DNA from: Ignavibacteriota bacterium
GTDB taxonomy: Bacteria; Bacteroidota; Ignavibacteria; Palsa-1295
Length of the DNA: 64,000 nt
Assembly (NCBI GenBank): GCA_963787835.1
Contig: CAWBEI010000002.1
Span: 1,088,001-1,152,000, forward strand
Direction: 5' to 3'
Part shown: piece after piece, positions 19,212 to 28,616 of the stretch
Layout: each line of letters begins with the position of its first letter
Numbering within the stretch: position 1 is the first letter of the stretch
The notes under the pieces: generated by a model
Told to the model about the DNA's origin: nothing
Databases searched by the model: none
What the model saw: only the letters and a program-made list of their open reading frames with translations
Program-made: the position numbers and the translations under genes

Positions 19212-21680
19212 ATGATTGAAGAATGGTTCCGTGGGCGTCCGGCTGCGCTCGCTGCTTGTGGTCTTGGAATAGGAATCGCACTTCCTCCGATCGGAAGCAA
19301 TGTGATCGTTCCTATCCTGTGTGTCGCGTCGGTCGTTCTTGTTGCGATGCTTCTATGGCAGCGCTCCTTTGTATTACTATATCTTCTGTTCGTAGCTTTG
19401 GTGCTACTCGGACAGCAGCTTATAACGCGTGATACAGCGAGCTATACAGCGACCCCGCTTGCCCGGATCGCATCGATGAAACCCGCAAACCCAACCCTGA
19501 TTGGAACCCTTGAAGAGATCGACGAGGCGGCTTCCGAATATCTTCTCATCTTCAATACGGATAGCATAAGATTTGCATTCCAAGCCTCTGTTCCTGTACA
19601 TGGCCGAATATTGCTCAGGCTCTCGAAGAATGATCGAACAAGCGTTCCACTACCAGAGGAAGGATGCCGGATGCGAGTATTCTGCACACTGGAGCCATTC
19701 CACGCCCCGACGAATCCTCACGAATTTGCCAGCGAGCAAAAACTTCAGACGACCACCCACACCGAAGCCACAGGATTTATTCATTCCCGCTTCGATTATT
19801 ATATTCTTAATGAGGCAAGGCCAAATATCCTTTCGCAAGTCTATCACAAGTTACAGGCCTTACACCAAACTTTATTGACATTACTGGATTCGGCGATCGA
19901 AGAGAGAAATGCACGCGGGTTTGTCGAAGCTGTTGTTCTCGGCGATCGCAGCGATATGGATAAAGAAACGCTAATTGATTTCACCACCTCTGGCGTGGCT
20001 CATATTCTCGCCGTGAGCGGGTTCAACGTGGCAATTGTCGCATTGGTAGTTGCACAACTTTTGAGAATATTTGGGATCTATTGGCTCCGCACTCGCATCT
20101 CGATCACAATGGTTATGGTGCTCCTCTATTCGGCCATCGTAGGGTTTCAACCAAGCGTAGTGCGTGCATTATTGATGATCGAGTTGTATTTATTGGCAAA
20201 GTTACTGGAACGCAGGCCCGATCCGTTAAATATCGTGATGAGCGCGGCAGCCATCAATCTTCTTTTGCGCCCATACGATCTATTCGATGTCGGGTTCCAA
20301 CTTTCCTATGCCGGCGTGATGGGAATGATCCTCATCGCGCCAAAGATCCGATGGCTTCTATCGCCGGAGACGGATAATAGTGAATTTGTCAAAACACAGC
20401 CTCGGCATCCGCAATGGAGAAAGCTATTGGAAGCGTCCGCACTATCTATTGGTGCATCTATTGCTTCCTATCCTGTTATTGCGTCGCATTTTTATCGCAT
20501 TTCTTTTATTGGATTGATCGCTAATATTCCGCTCATTCCCTTATCGGCCATTATTACCGCGCTTGGATTTTTACTTCTTCCCATCACGGCGATATCACAT
20601 TGGCTCGGCCTGCTTTATGGCGATGCTACTGGCTATTTATCGGATCTTCTGTTGCTTCTTACAAAACTTTCCGCGCATGTTCCCGCTGCCGCTCATGCGG
20701 CGGCATCGCCTTCGTGGATCTTTCTTGTACTGCTTGGCTTAGCTGTGATCTTTTGTTTGAGATCATCCACAAGACCACAATTTCTTGGAAGGCTCTCCAT
20801 TTCATTATCCTGCTTCTTCGTGCTCTCTACACTCGGAGTTCCCTTTACAAACTCCGTGCTTGCTAAGAATGAAGGAAAGCTTCAAGTTCTGTTTTTCGAC
20901 GTCGGTCAGGGGGATTGTATCTTGCTTCACACGCCATCGGGGAAATCCTATTTTGTCGATTTCGGCAGAGTAGATATGGAAGGAAACGCGAATATCGAAC
21001 GGACGGCATTGCCATTTCTCCGGGCCGAAGACATTACACAGATTGATGGCGGTTTTATCAGCCACATGCACACGGATCATTATGGCGGCGCGCCAGTGCT
21101 TCTCGAGAATTGCAGCGTCGCCTGGCTAATGACGAGTGGTGAACGAGTGGCCGGCCCTACGGCGCATTTATTAGATACGATCTCGCAGGCGCAACATACT
21201 GGCCTGCGCGTTCTCAGCCGAGGGGACACCCTGCGACTGGACCAAGATCTGATGCTGTATGTACTCTATCCGGACCGCCGGGTTCCCGAAGCAAAGCTAA
21301 CTGCGTTTGGCGAGAATATCCACAGTGGCATGCTTGCTTTTCGCCTTGTCTATCGCAACACGAGTTTCCTCTTTTTAGGTGATGCCGAGCGAAGCGGAGA
21401 AGAAGCAATGCTCGCGAGTTACGGAAATGTATTAAAATCAAATGTAGTAAAAGTCGCGCATCACGGAAGCCTGACAAGTTCCTCGAAGGATTTCGTTGCG
21501 GTGACTAATCCGGAGTATGCAATAATTTCCGTTGGTGAGTATAATCATTTTGGACACCCCGCGCCAGCCATTGTGAAGCGCTGGACTGCAAACGGCTCCA
21601 AGGTTTGCCGAACGGATCTCGACGGAGCCGTGCTCCTCGTCAGCGACGGTAATCGCGTCGAAAAAGTTGATTGGAAATAA
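19212..21680 (+). CDS. comEC: DNA internalization competence protein ComEC/Rec2
   Basis: HILAVSGFNV, PSVVRA and GFQLS motifs. Metallo-beta-lactamase domain DVGQGD, SHMHTDHYGG, KVAHHGS, NHFGHP, RTDLDGA. Confidence 0.95.
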   Translation: MIEEWFRGRPAALAACGLGIGIALPPIGSNVIVPILCVASVVLVAMLLWQRSFVLLYLLFVALVLLGQQLITRDTASYTATPLARIASMKPANPTLIGTLEEIDEAASEYLLIFNTDSIRFAFQASVPVHGRILLRLSKNDRTSVPLPEEGCRMRVFCTLEPFHAPTNPHEFASEQKLQTTTHTEATGFIHSRFDYYILNEARPNILSQVYHKLQALHQTLLTLLDSAIEERNARGFVEAVVLGDRSDMDKETLIDFTTSGVAHILAVSGFNVAIVALVVAQLLRIFGIYWLRTRISITMVMVLLYSAIVGFQPSVVRALLMIELYLLAKLLERRPDPLNIVMSAAAINLLLRPYDLFDVGFQLSYAGVMGMILIAPKIRWLLSPETDNSEFVKTQPRHPQWRKLLEASALSIGASIASYPVIASHFYRISFIGLIANIPLIPLSAIITALGFLLLPITAISHWLGLLYGDATGYLSDLLLLLTKLSAHVPAAAHAAASPSWIFLVLLGLAVIFCLRSSTRPQFLGRLSISLSCFFVLSTLGVPFTNSVLAKNEGKLQVLFFDVGQGDCILLHTPSGKSYFVDFGRVDMEGNANIERTALPFLRAEDITQIDGGFISHMHTDHYGGAPVLLENCSVAWLMTSGERVAGPTAHLLDTISQAQHTGLRVLSRGDTLRLDQDLMLYVLYPDRRVPEAKLTAFGENIHSGMLAFRLVYRNTSFLFLGDAERSGEEAMLASYGNVLKSNVVKVAHHGSLTSSSKDFVAVTNPEYAIISVGEYNHFGHPAPAIVKRWTANGSKVCRTDLDGAVLLVSDGNRVEKVDWK

Positions 21681-21694
21681 TCTATGTATCAAAT

Positions 21695-21758
21695 GTAGCG
21701 CAAACTTTAGTTTGCGACCCCTGCGCCTGCAGTGATCGCAAACAAAAGTAGCATCGAC
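21695..21758. repeat. GTAG-class REP with degenerate inverted partner
   Basis: GTAG-CGCAAAC-ttta-GTTTGCG at 21695-21716, and decayed partner CGCAAAC-aaaa-GTAGCAT-CGAC at 21737-21758. Lies between convergent genes. Confidence 0.7.
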
Positions 21759-21774
21759 GACGGTGTGCGTTTCA

Positions 21775-22827
21775 TTATAGCCCATACTGGATCCCAACGA
21801 TAGCCCTTACGCTTTCCGCAAGCTGGTTTCCGTAGAGCGCATGAATGAAGGGAATCCAGACGGTTGCATCCAGTGATATGCGCGGTGTAAAATAGACCTG
21901 TGCACCCGGAGCAACATAAACCATATTGCCGCCCGACCATCCGAGAGAATCGTTATCGAGCGGCTGGCCGTTCTGCAGTTCGTACCCACGCCACTCGCCT
22001 CGCATGCCTAACGATGCGAACGCGGAGGACAGGAGGGAACTCGGCTGAATGTTCTCGTTCTGATAGAGTCGGTAACGCCCGGTAACGTCATAGTTAAAGT
22101 TATTGCCATAGACGTGTCCGTAATATCCCGATCCCGGTCCTCGAAGATTGAACAGTCCATCAGCCCCAAGAGTCCAGGTTTCATTCCCCTGCATATATCC
22201 TATCCCCAATAGGAAATCCGTGGTACCGGTACTGAGCTGAACGTCAGGATCGGCAGGCTGACCCATATCGGTGAAGGCATTACTGCCAGTGGGAAATTTT
22301 ACCCCAGCCGACACTGCGAGAGCATCCATGGATGTAGCTCCATCCTCTTTCATCGAGTGATCGGCTATCAGATAATAGCTTACTCGGAGGGAAATATCCG
22401 CTAACCCGATGTTCGTGATCTCTGTCGGCGCTGTCGGCGATGGGTTTGCGTTGGGGCCGAACAGCGCGGTGGGATCGTTAGAGGTTTCCGATTTATGCGC
22501 GAATGGTACCGCCAGTGTTGCTGAAAGATTCGGAACGATCTGGTAATTGAATGACAGTACCTGGGTAAGAAATCGCTGCACGTGATTGTCGGGATTCGGC
22601 TGAGCCACACCATCCTGAGTGACCGTCCCGAGTTCCGTGTAACGCGCATCATACCGAATGTACGAACCACCCATCGCAACAAGAGGAGAAATGCCCATCG
22701 AACACTGGCAGAAATCGCATTCGGAATAAAGGCCGGGAATCGAGGGCGAGGTAGCATATCCTTGGCCGAAGGAAGGATGCGAAAGGGATAAGAAACTTAA
22801 AAAAACAAACAGGAAACGTGTTTTCAT
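21775..22827 (-). CDS. Putative outer-membrane beta-barrel/transporter-like protein with N-terminal CxxCxC motif
   Basis: Signal peptide MKTRFLFVFLSFLSLSHPSFG, then ECDFCQC. GLADISL and GVKFPTG motifs as in MetA-pathway/Phenol_MetA_deg-like barrels. Terminal beta-strand VGIQYGL. Confidence 0.7.
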   Translation of the reverse strand: MKTRFLFVFLSFLSLSHPSFGQGYATSPSIPGLYSECDFCQCSMGISPLVAMGGSYIRYDARYTELGTVTQDGVAQPNPDNHVQRFLTQVLSFNYQIVPNLSATLAVPFAHKSETSNDPTALFGPNANPSPTAPTEITNIGLADISLRVSYYLIADHSMKEDGATSMDALAVSAGVKFPTGSNAFTDMGQPADPDVQLSTGTTDFLLGIGYMQGNETWTLGADGLFNLRGPGSGYYGHVYGNNFNYDVTGRYRLYQNENIQPSSLLSSAFASLGMRGEWRGYELQNGQPLDNDSLGWSGGNMVYVAPGAQVYFTPRISLDATVWIPFIHALYGNQLAESVRAIVGIQYGL

Positions 22828-22897
22828 ACATGTAAAAAAATTAAATGATGAAATGCAACTATGCCCACCGGAGCATAGTGATTTCGTTGTCAGATGA

Positions 22898-22918
22898 TTA
22901 AGCATCGTCGGCGATGCG
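22898..22918. repeat. 21-nt hairpin repeat, copy of 2257-2277
   Basis: TTAAGCATCGTCGGCGATGCG is the exact reverse complement of 2257-2277. Confidence 0.75.
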
Positions 22919-22931
22919 GGTTGCCGAAGAC

Positions 22932-23309
22932 TTAGGCGAACCGGGGTGGTTGGAGGAGTGCCGTATGAAAACCGGGGAGGGTATGGTTAGCAGAGAAAAT
23001 GGATGTGTTTTGTTTCCCCGATGCAAAAGGAGTCAATTCAGTTTTCTCGCTTCGCAAATATTGGCCGCTGATCTGAAAAGTAAATCGATCGGCGCGTTTG
23101 GCGTTATCTGTATTCGCAGATTTCGCGAGTTGCTTCATCAAATAGCAGTTGCCGTTGCAATGCGGCATCTTGTGCTCGCACATCGTCCGCGCGATCTGAT
23201 CCTGATTGAGACGGAACAGCAAAAAATCCAGCGGGACGGCATTAAGCTGCACCGTAATTGCAGCAATGCCGAGCCAAGTAAGAATCTTAATACGAAGGGG
23301 TGTGATCAC
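22932..23309 (-). CDS. Small Cys/His-motif membrane-anchored protein with C-terminal PP motif
   Basis: N-terminal TM segment, CEHKMPHCNGNCYLMKQL, C-terminus LLQPPRFA. Confidence 0.7.
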   Translation of the reverse strand: MITPLRIKILTWLGIAAITVQLNAVPLDFLLFRLNQDQIARTMCEHKMPHCNGNCYLMKQLAKSANTDNAKRADRFTFQISGQYLRSEKTELTPFASGKQNTSIFSANHTLPGFHTALLQPPRFA

Positions 23310-23312
23310 CTA

Positions 23313-24506
23313 TTATTTCAAAACACGGAGTTCTTCCCCCACGTTCGTGAATGCTGTAATGGCACGATCCAAATGCTCCTGCTCATGCGCTGCAGAAATT
23401 TGCACGCGAATGCGAGCCTGACCCTTTGCCACAACGGGATAGAAAAATCCCGTAACGAAAATTCCCTCATCCTGCAGTCTTGACGCGAATTTCTGCGCAA
23501 GTGGTGCATCATAAAGCATGATTGGCACAATGGGATGAATGCCGGGTTTGATGTCGAAACCGGCAGACGTCATTTTTTCGCGGAAGTATGTCGTGTTCGA
23601 TTCAAGTTTGTCGCGAAGTTCCGTTGTGGTGTCGAGCATACGCAATACTTCGAGCGCCGCGCCGGCAATGGGCGGCGGCAATGTGTTCGAAAAAAGGTAA
23701 GGCCGCGAACGCTGGCGCAGCATTTCGATAATCTCTTTCCTTCCAGACGTAAATCCACCCGCAGCTCCGCCGAGCGCTTTGCCCAGTGTGGATGTGATAA
23801 TATCGACACGGCCCATCACATTCTCGTGCTCGATCGAGCCACGGCCTGTCTTTCCAACGAAGCCGGTAGCATGGGAATCATCTACCATCACGAGAGCATC
23901 GTATTTATCGGCAAGATCGCAAATGTGCGAGAGCTTGGCAATGTCGCCATCCATCGAAAACACGCCATCGGTAACGATCACACGTCTGCGTTGCGGTTGC
24001 GACTCGATGAGCTGCGTTTCCAGATCGCTCATATCCGCATGTTTATAGCGATACCGTTTCGATTTTGCGAGACGAACTCCATCTATAATAGAAGCGTGAT
24101 TCAGTTCATCGGAGATGATCGCATCTTCTTCGCCGAAGATCGGCTCGAAGATTCCTCCATTCGCATCGAAGCACGCGACGTAAAGAATGGTATCGTCCGT
24201 CTGCAGGAAGTGCGAAATTTCCCGTTCCAGCTCTTTATGCAGATCCTGCGTACCGCAAATAAACCGCACGCTGGACATACCATAGCCATGCGTTTCCAGC
24301 GCCTTGCTTGCCGCCGCGATCACCTTCGGATGCGACGAAAGCCCAAGATAATTATTCGCGCAGAAATTGAGAACCGTACCTTCGCGCCCTTTGACGCGGA
24401 TTTCGACGCCCTGCGGCGTGGTGATCTCGCGCTCGTTCTTGTATAAACCCGCCTCGCGGATGGCTGTGAGTTCGTTCGCTAATTGCTCTTTTACTTTTCC
24501 GTACAT
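23313..24506 (-). CDS. kbl: Glycine C-acetyltransferase (2-amino-3-ketobutyrate CoA ligase)
   Basis: [44 protein letters not shown] and [11 protein letters not shown] motifs. Confidence 0.96.
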   Translation of the reverse strand: MYGKVKEQLANELTAIREAGLYKNEREITTPQGVEIRVKGREGTVLNFCANNYLGLSSHPKVIAAASKALETHGYGMSSVRFICGTQDLHKELEREISHFLQTDDTILYVACFDANGGIFEPIFGEEDAIISDELNHASIIDGVRLAKSKRYRYKHADMSDLETQLIESQPQRRRVIVTDGVFSMDGDIAKLSHICDLADKYDALVMVDDSHATGFVGKTGRGSIEHENVMGRVDIITSTLGKALGGAAGGFTSGRKEIIEMLRQRSRPYLFSNTLPPPIAGAALEVLRMLDTTTELRDKLESNTTYFREKMTSAGFDIKPGIHPIVPIMLYDAPLAQKFASRLQDEGIFVTGFFYPVVAKGQARIRVQISAAHEQEHLDRAITAFTNVGEELRVLK

Positions 24507-24508
24507 TA

Positions 24509-24574
24509 TGTCTGAACCTGGATTTTATTCGACGCCTAAACAACGGGGACATCCCATAAATCCCGGTTTAGATA
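24509..24574. repeat. Short element with imperfect 17-bp terminal inverted repeats
   Basis: TGTCTGAACCTGGATTT ... AAATCCCGGTTTAGATA. Fills the lpdA-kbl spacer. A related half-site lies at 49990-50007. Confidence 0.65.
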
Positions 24575-24575
24575 A

Positions 24576-25982
24576 TTACAGATCGATCACTTCGCCTTCG
24601 GCGACTGAAGCGGCTTGCATGACGGCTTCGCTCCAGGTCGGGTGCGGGTGGATCGTCTTCGTCATCGACATGCCGGTTGCGCCATGAGCGCGGCCAACGA
24701 CGAGTTCCTCGATCATCTCGGCTGCTTCGTTACCGATGATATGCGCGCCTAAGATCTCATCGTATTTCGATCCAATAACGAGCTTAACAAATCCATCCGT
24801 CTCACCCATCGCGCGTGCTTTGCCAAGTGCTGTGAACGGGAACTTCCCAATCTTGTATTCGATGCCTGCTTCCTTCGCGGCGCGTTCGGTCATGCCGGTG
24901 CTTGCAACTTGCGGCTGGCAGTAGGTGCAGCCGGGAATGTTATCGTAATCGAGCGAGTGGGGATGAAGCCCTGCAAGATGCTCTGCCGCAATAATTCCCT
25001 CATGCGTAGCTACGTGCGCAAGCCACGGCGGACCTGCAACATCGCCAACAGCATAAATGCCCTCGACGGGAGTTTGCATATATTCATTGACATCGATAAA
25101 GCCCTTCGTCATCTTGATTCCGAGCTTTTCGAGGCCGATATTTTCCGTATTTCCCTGCACACCGATCGCAACGAGGACGCATTCCGCTTCCAGAGTCTGT
25201 TTTGCGCCACCATCAATGGCTTCGATCTCGACTTTCGTCGAATTCTTTTCCAGCTTCACGCCATTGACTTTGTGTTTGGTGAAGATCTGGTATCCCTGCC
25301 GTTTGTAGAGCTTTTCGATTTCGGCTGAAACTTCCGTATCTTCGACGGGCAGCACATTCGGCATCATCTCGACAATGGAGACCTTCGTACCAAAGCTCTT
25401 ATAGAAATAAGCGAACTCCATTCCGATCGCGCCGGCACCAACGACGGTCATGGATTCCGGAATATGATTCATGATCATCGCTTCCGTTGAGGAAAGCACT
25501 TGCTTTCCATCTGGCTTCAGGTTCGGAAGCTGCCGCGCTCGAGCGCCGGTGGCGATGACAATGTTCTTCGCGGTCACCGTTTGCTTTTTGCCTTCAGCAT
25601 CCGTAACTTCAAGCGAATTCTTGCCCGTCAGCGTGCCGAAGCCTTTGATGGTATCGATCTTATTCTTGCGGAACAGGAATTCGACGCCTTTCACGACACG
25701 GTCGGAGACATCACGGGAACGTTTAATGACGCGTGTGAAATCCACGCGAAGGTTATCGTAGGCAAGCCCCCATTCTTCCGGCGCAACTTGCATGGTGTGA
25801 TAAATTTCGGCATTTTTGAGGAGTGCTTTCGTCGGGATACATCCCCAGTTAAGGCAGATACCGCCGAGCCGGTCGCGCTCGATACATGCGACTTTTTTTC
25901 CAAGTTGAGCGGAACGGATCGCTGCAGGATAACCACCGGGTCCACCGCCAAGTACTATGACATCGTAATCGAAAGAAGCCAT
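24576..25982 (-). CDS. lpdA: Dihydrolipoyl dehydrogenase
   Basis: GGGPGGY, GGICLNWGCIPTK, GAGAIGMEF and HPHPTWSE motifs. Confidence 0.96.
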   Translation of the reverse strand: MASFDYDVIVLGGGPGGYPAAIRSAQLGKKVACIERDRLGGICLNWGCIPTKALLKNAEIYHTMQVAPEEWGLAYDNLRVDFTRVIKRSRDVSDRVVKGVEFLFRKNKIDTIKGFGTLTGKNSLEVTDAEGKKQTVTAKNIVIATGARARQLPNLKPDGKQVLSSTEAMIMNHIPESMTVVGAGAIGMEFAYFYKSFGTKVSIVEMMPNVLPVEDTEVSAEIEKLYKRQGYQIFTKHKVNGVKLEKNSTKVEIEAIDGGAKQTLEAECVLVAIGVQGNTENIGLEKLGIKMTKGFIDVNEYMQTPVEGIYAVGDVAGPPWLAHVATHEGIIAAEHLAGLHPHSLDYDNIPGCTYCQPQVASTGMTERAAKEAGIEYKIGKFPFTALGKARAMGETDGFVKLVIGSKYDEILGAHIIGNEAAEMIEELVVGRAHGATGMSMTKTIHPHPTWSEAVMQAASVAEGEVIDL

Positions 25983-26406
25983 CGAATTATTTCTATTCTA
26001 ATGAATCAACAGACTGTCCGATAATGATAAGGACAGCCGAGAATATGTACGAAAATACGACAGTTCTGGAAAGCAAGCACCAGGACAGGCGATTTTTATT
26101 ACGTTTACGAGCGATTTGGGGAATAGTTTAATTTTTGGCATTTCTGGCATGGTGTTTGAGTTGCGTCCCACTACTTGCGATTCCTTTCCCAGCGATGGTT
26201 GCTTGGTTGCACCATCTTTCATCTCATCCGAAACATCTTCGGTGTTGCATCATATACATGGAAAACACAGAGAATTATTATGTGGAAATCACGTTATGTC
26301 TCCTTCCCGATCACAACGGGATATTCGTGGTTTGTTTTCATGTTTTTAAAATGCAGCAGTAGGACAATAACTCTAACGTGAGTCACTGAGGGAGCATGCA
26401 TTTATC

Positions 26407-27150
26407 ATGACAAAAGTCCGTGTTTTAGAACGATCGTTTTATTATCCTTCGCCTCTGTTGTTCGGCGTGATGATGATCGTGCTCTTGCTTGGAACTATAG
26501 CGAATAGTAGCCTTGCTCAAACGTCCGGTAAGATGCTGTCTCAGGCTCCATCGGAAAGCGGTAGTGCAGATCCCGGGAATATCCTTCCCTCCTATACGCA
26601 GTATGCTCTTGTCCCACGCGATCTGGCGCCACCGGCCGGTCTGATCGTCGAAATGTCGCTCGCGCCACCGGAGAATATTCCCACCGGCTATTACGATCTC
26701 GCAAAGTATGGCCGCGTCGGCGTGGATTATACGCGCGCCGCAGTGATAGATGGAGCGAATTTGGGTCTGGCTGCACAAGCGCTTCATGTGGAGCATCACC
26801 TGCTGTTGTATTCTGCCGGCCTCAGCAGCGATATCAATAATGACGGGATGTTTCTTCTCACCGCCGGAATTGCACATTATCAGACAGGGAATGATCAGGC
26901 CGCGTTTGTCGATGCACCGTTCGTTCGTTTTCGGTTTCAGTCCTCGGAGGACTATGTTTTTGTCTATTCCGAGATCGAGACCACGATGCACTTTAGCCAG
27001 TATATTTCAGGCATGGCCGGTCTCGGCCTTCGGGTTTCACCCTCCTTGCGTCTCATGGGCGGATTTCATCACACCGAATTCGTAATGCCCGCCGAACAAA
27101 CGGTCCAGATGGTCAATGGGCTGGAAGGAATTATCAGTTGGGGTTTATAG
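26407..27150 (+). CDS. Hypothetical exported protein, possible small beta-barrel
   Basis: Signal-like N-terminus, alternating beta-strand pattern, terminal GIISWGL. Confidence 0.55.
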   Translation: MTKVRVLERSFYYPSPLLFGVMMIVLLLGTIANSSLAQTSGKMLSQAPSESGSADPGNILPSYTQYALVPRDLAPPAGLIVEMSLAPPENIPTGYYDLAKYGRVGVDYTRAAVIDGANLGLAAQALHVEHHLLLYSAGLSSDINNDGMFLLTAGIAHYQTGNDQAAFVDAPFVRFRFQSSEDYVFVYSEIETTMHFSQYISGMAGLGLRVSPSLRLMGGFHHTEFVMPAEQTVQMVNGLEGIISWGL

Positions 27151-27155
27151 CAACC

Positions 27156-28466
27156 TTAAGCAGTTAGTACCGCTTTCGTCCCATCCAAAAACTTCCCAAT
27201 ATCGTCCGGCGATGTATAAATATGCACGCTGAACCGGTTCGCCTGTAGGTTGCCTTCCGGCACAATGCGCGTCCGGGCTTTGCATGTGTCCATTAGTTTG
27301 TTCGCGAACACGTGATAATCCATTGTATCGAGCTTGATCGTGGTTAAGCTCGTTACCGATGTGCTTGGAGTGAGAAAGCGGAAATGCCCATCGCTCATGT
27401 CGTGAAGGCCAGAGCGTAAGATTCCTGTAAGCTGTTTCACGCGCGCTTCGATCTTATCGAACCCGATCTTTTCCATGAATTCGATCGCGCACTGGAGGCC
27501 GTCGAACAGCGCAAAGTTTTGTGTTGCAAAGTCATAGCGCGAAGCAGTGGGAAGGAAATCGAGCTTGCCATTATACCCCCAATATTTATCCACTTCGGCA
27601 CCGCTCCACGTGGGAATCACATGCTCCATGAAATCGGGTGAAATATAGAGGAATCCGATGCCTTTTGGTCCGCATAGCCATTTGTGGCCACATGAGGCGT
27701 AGGCGTGGACTCCGAGATCCCGCACATCCGTTTGCAGCATTCCCGGTGGGTGCGCCCCGTCGGAAAGGAACCAAATATTCTTCGAACGCGCCAGTGCCGC
27801 CAGCCGCTTGATCGGCAGCAGATGCCCCGTGGTGCAGGTGAGATGTGGCATCGAGATCGCGCGGGTGCGCGGCGTAATGGCGTCCGATACGCGCTGGACG
27901 AACTCATCGTCGCTGTAGGGGTTCAGGTGTTCATCGGTAAGCGGAACGAATTTAATTTCGATCCCATCACGCTTTTTTCGCGCAAGCCACGGGATCGCAT
28001 TGCCGGCATGCTCTTGGTTGGTCAGCAATACTTCATCTCCGGCTTTAAGATCGATGCCGCTCGAAACGATTGAGATCGCCTCGCTAACATTATGCGTGAA
28101 CGCGATCTGGTCACCACTTTCAGCATTCACTACTCGTGCGAGCGCCGTGCGTATGGCTTCGTAATCACCACCGTAATCGCCGGTAGAATCGACATGCGTG
28201 ATACGGCTTGTGACCCGCTCCGTCACCGCATAGGGGCTTGGTCCCATCGTGCCATTGTTAAAATAGAGCAGATTCTGTGTTATTGGGAACTCGTCGCGGA
28301 TCAGGTTCCAGTACGCTTCGTCGGCCTCCAAAGCTGGAACAATAGCAGCCGGTGTGGAGGGTTTTCCGTTCGTGGTGGCAAGGGAATCGAGGGTAAGCCC
28401 GCGTTTGCGGGCAGAAATGGCTGTGGTCGATGCCAAGCCTATTTGAAGGAATGTCCGTCGGTCCAT
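27156..28466 (-). CDS. Class V PLP-dependent enzyme (cysteine desulfurase/isopenicillin-N-epimerase-like) with Tat-like signal
   Basis: MDRRTFLQ twin-arginine start. YFNNGTMGP, QEHAG, DGAH and SCGHKWLCGPKG motifs. Confidence 0.88.
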   Translation of the reverse strand: MDRRTFLQIGLASTTAISARKRGLTLDSLATTNGKPSTPAAIVPALEADEAYWNLIRDEFPITQNLLYFNNGTMGPSPYAVTERVTSRITHVDSTGDYGGDYEAIRTALARVVNAESGDQIAFTHNVSEAISIVSSGIDLKAGDEVLLTNQEHAGNAIPWLARKKRDGIEIKFVPLTDEHLNPYSDDEFVQRVSDAITPRTRAISMPHLTCTTGHLLPIKRLAALARSKNIWFLSDGAHPPGMLQTDVRDLGVHAYASCGHKWLCGPKGIGFLYISPDFMEHVIPTWSGAEVDKYWGYNGKLDFLPTASRYDFATQNFALFDGLQCAIEFMEKIGFDKIEARVKQLTGILRSGLHDMSDGHFRFLTPSTSVTSLTTIKLDTMDYHVFANKLMDTCKARTRIVPEGNLQANRFSVHIYTSPDDIGKFLDGTKAVLTA

Positions 28467-28616
28467 AATTAATTCTTTGATCCGAATCATTGAAAACCGC
28501 GTGAATTCAGCAATCATTCAATCGAAATATGAATTCACGGCACCTATTCGCAGGTGCGTTTGTCATTGCTAAAGTAAGAAGATCCCCGCAAGTAACTCGT
28601 TCCAACGAATAATCAC

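Noticed and set aside
23535-24446. Long antisense ORFs (303 aa here; also 53427-54326, 62308-63246, 36267-37010)
   Set aside because: They lie opposite well-supported genes (kbl, thiC, argJ, secreted protein) and have no motifs, so they are shadow ORFs.
26000-26400. Short ORFs or ncRNA in the lpdA divergent spacer
   Set aside because: Several overlapping short ORFs without motifs and no recognisable RNA structure; probably promoter DNA.
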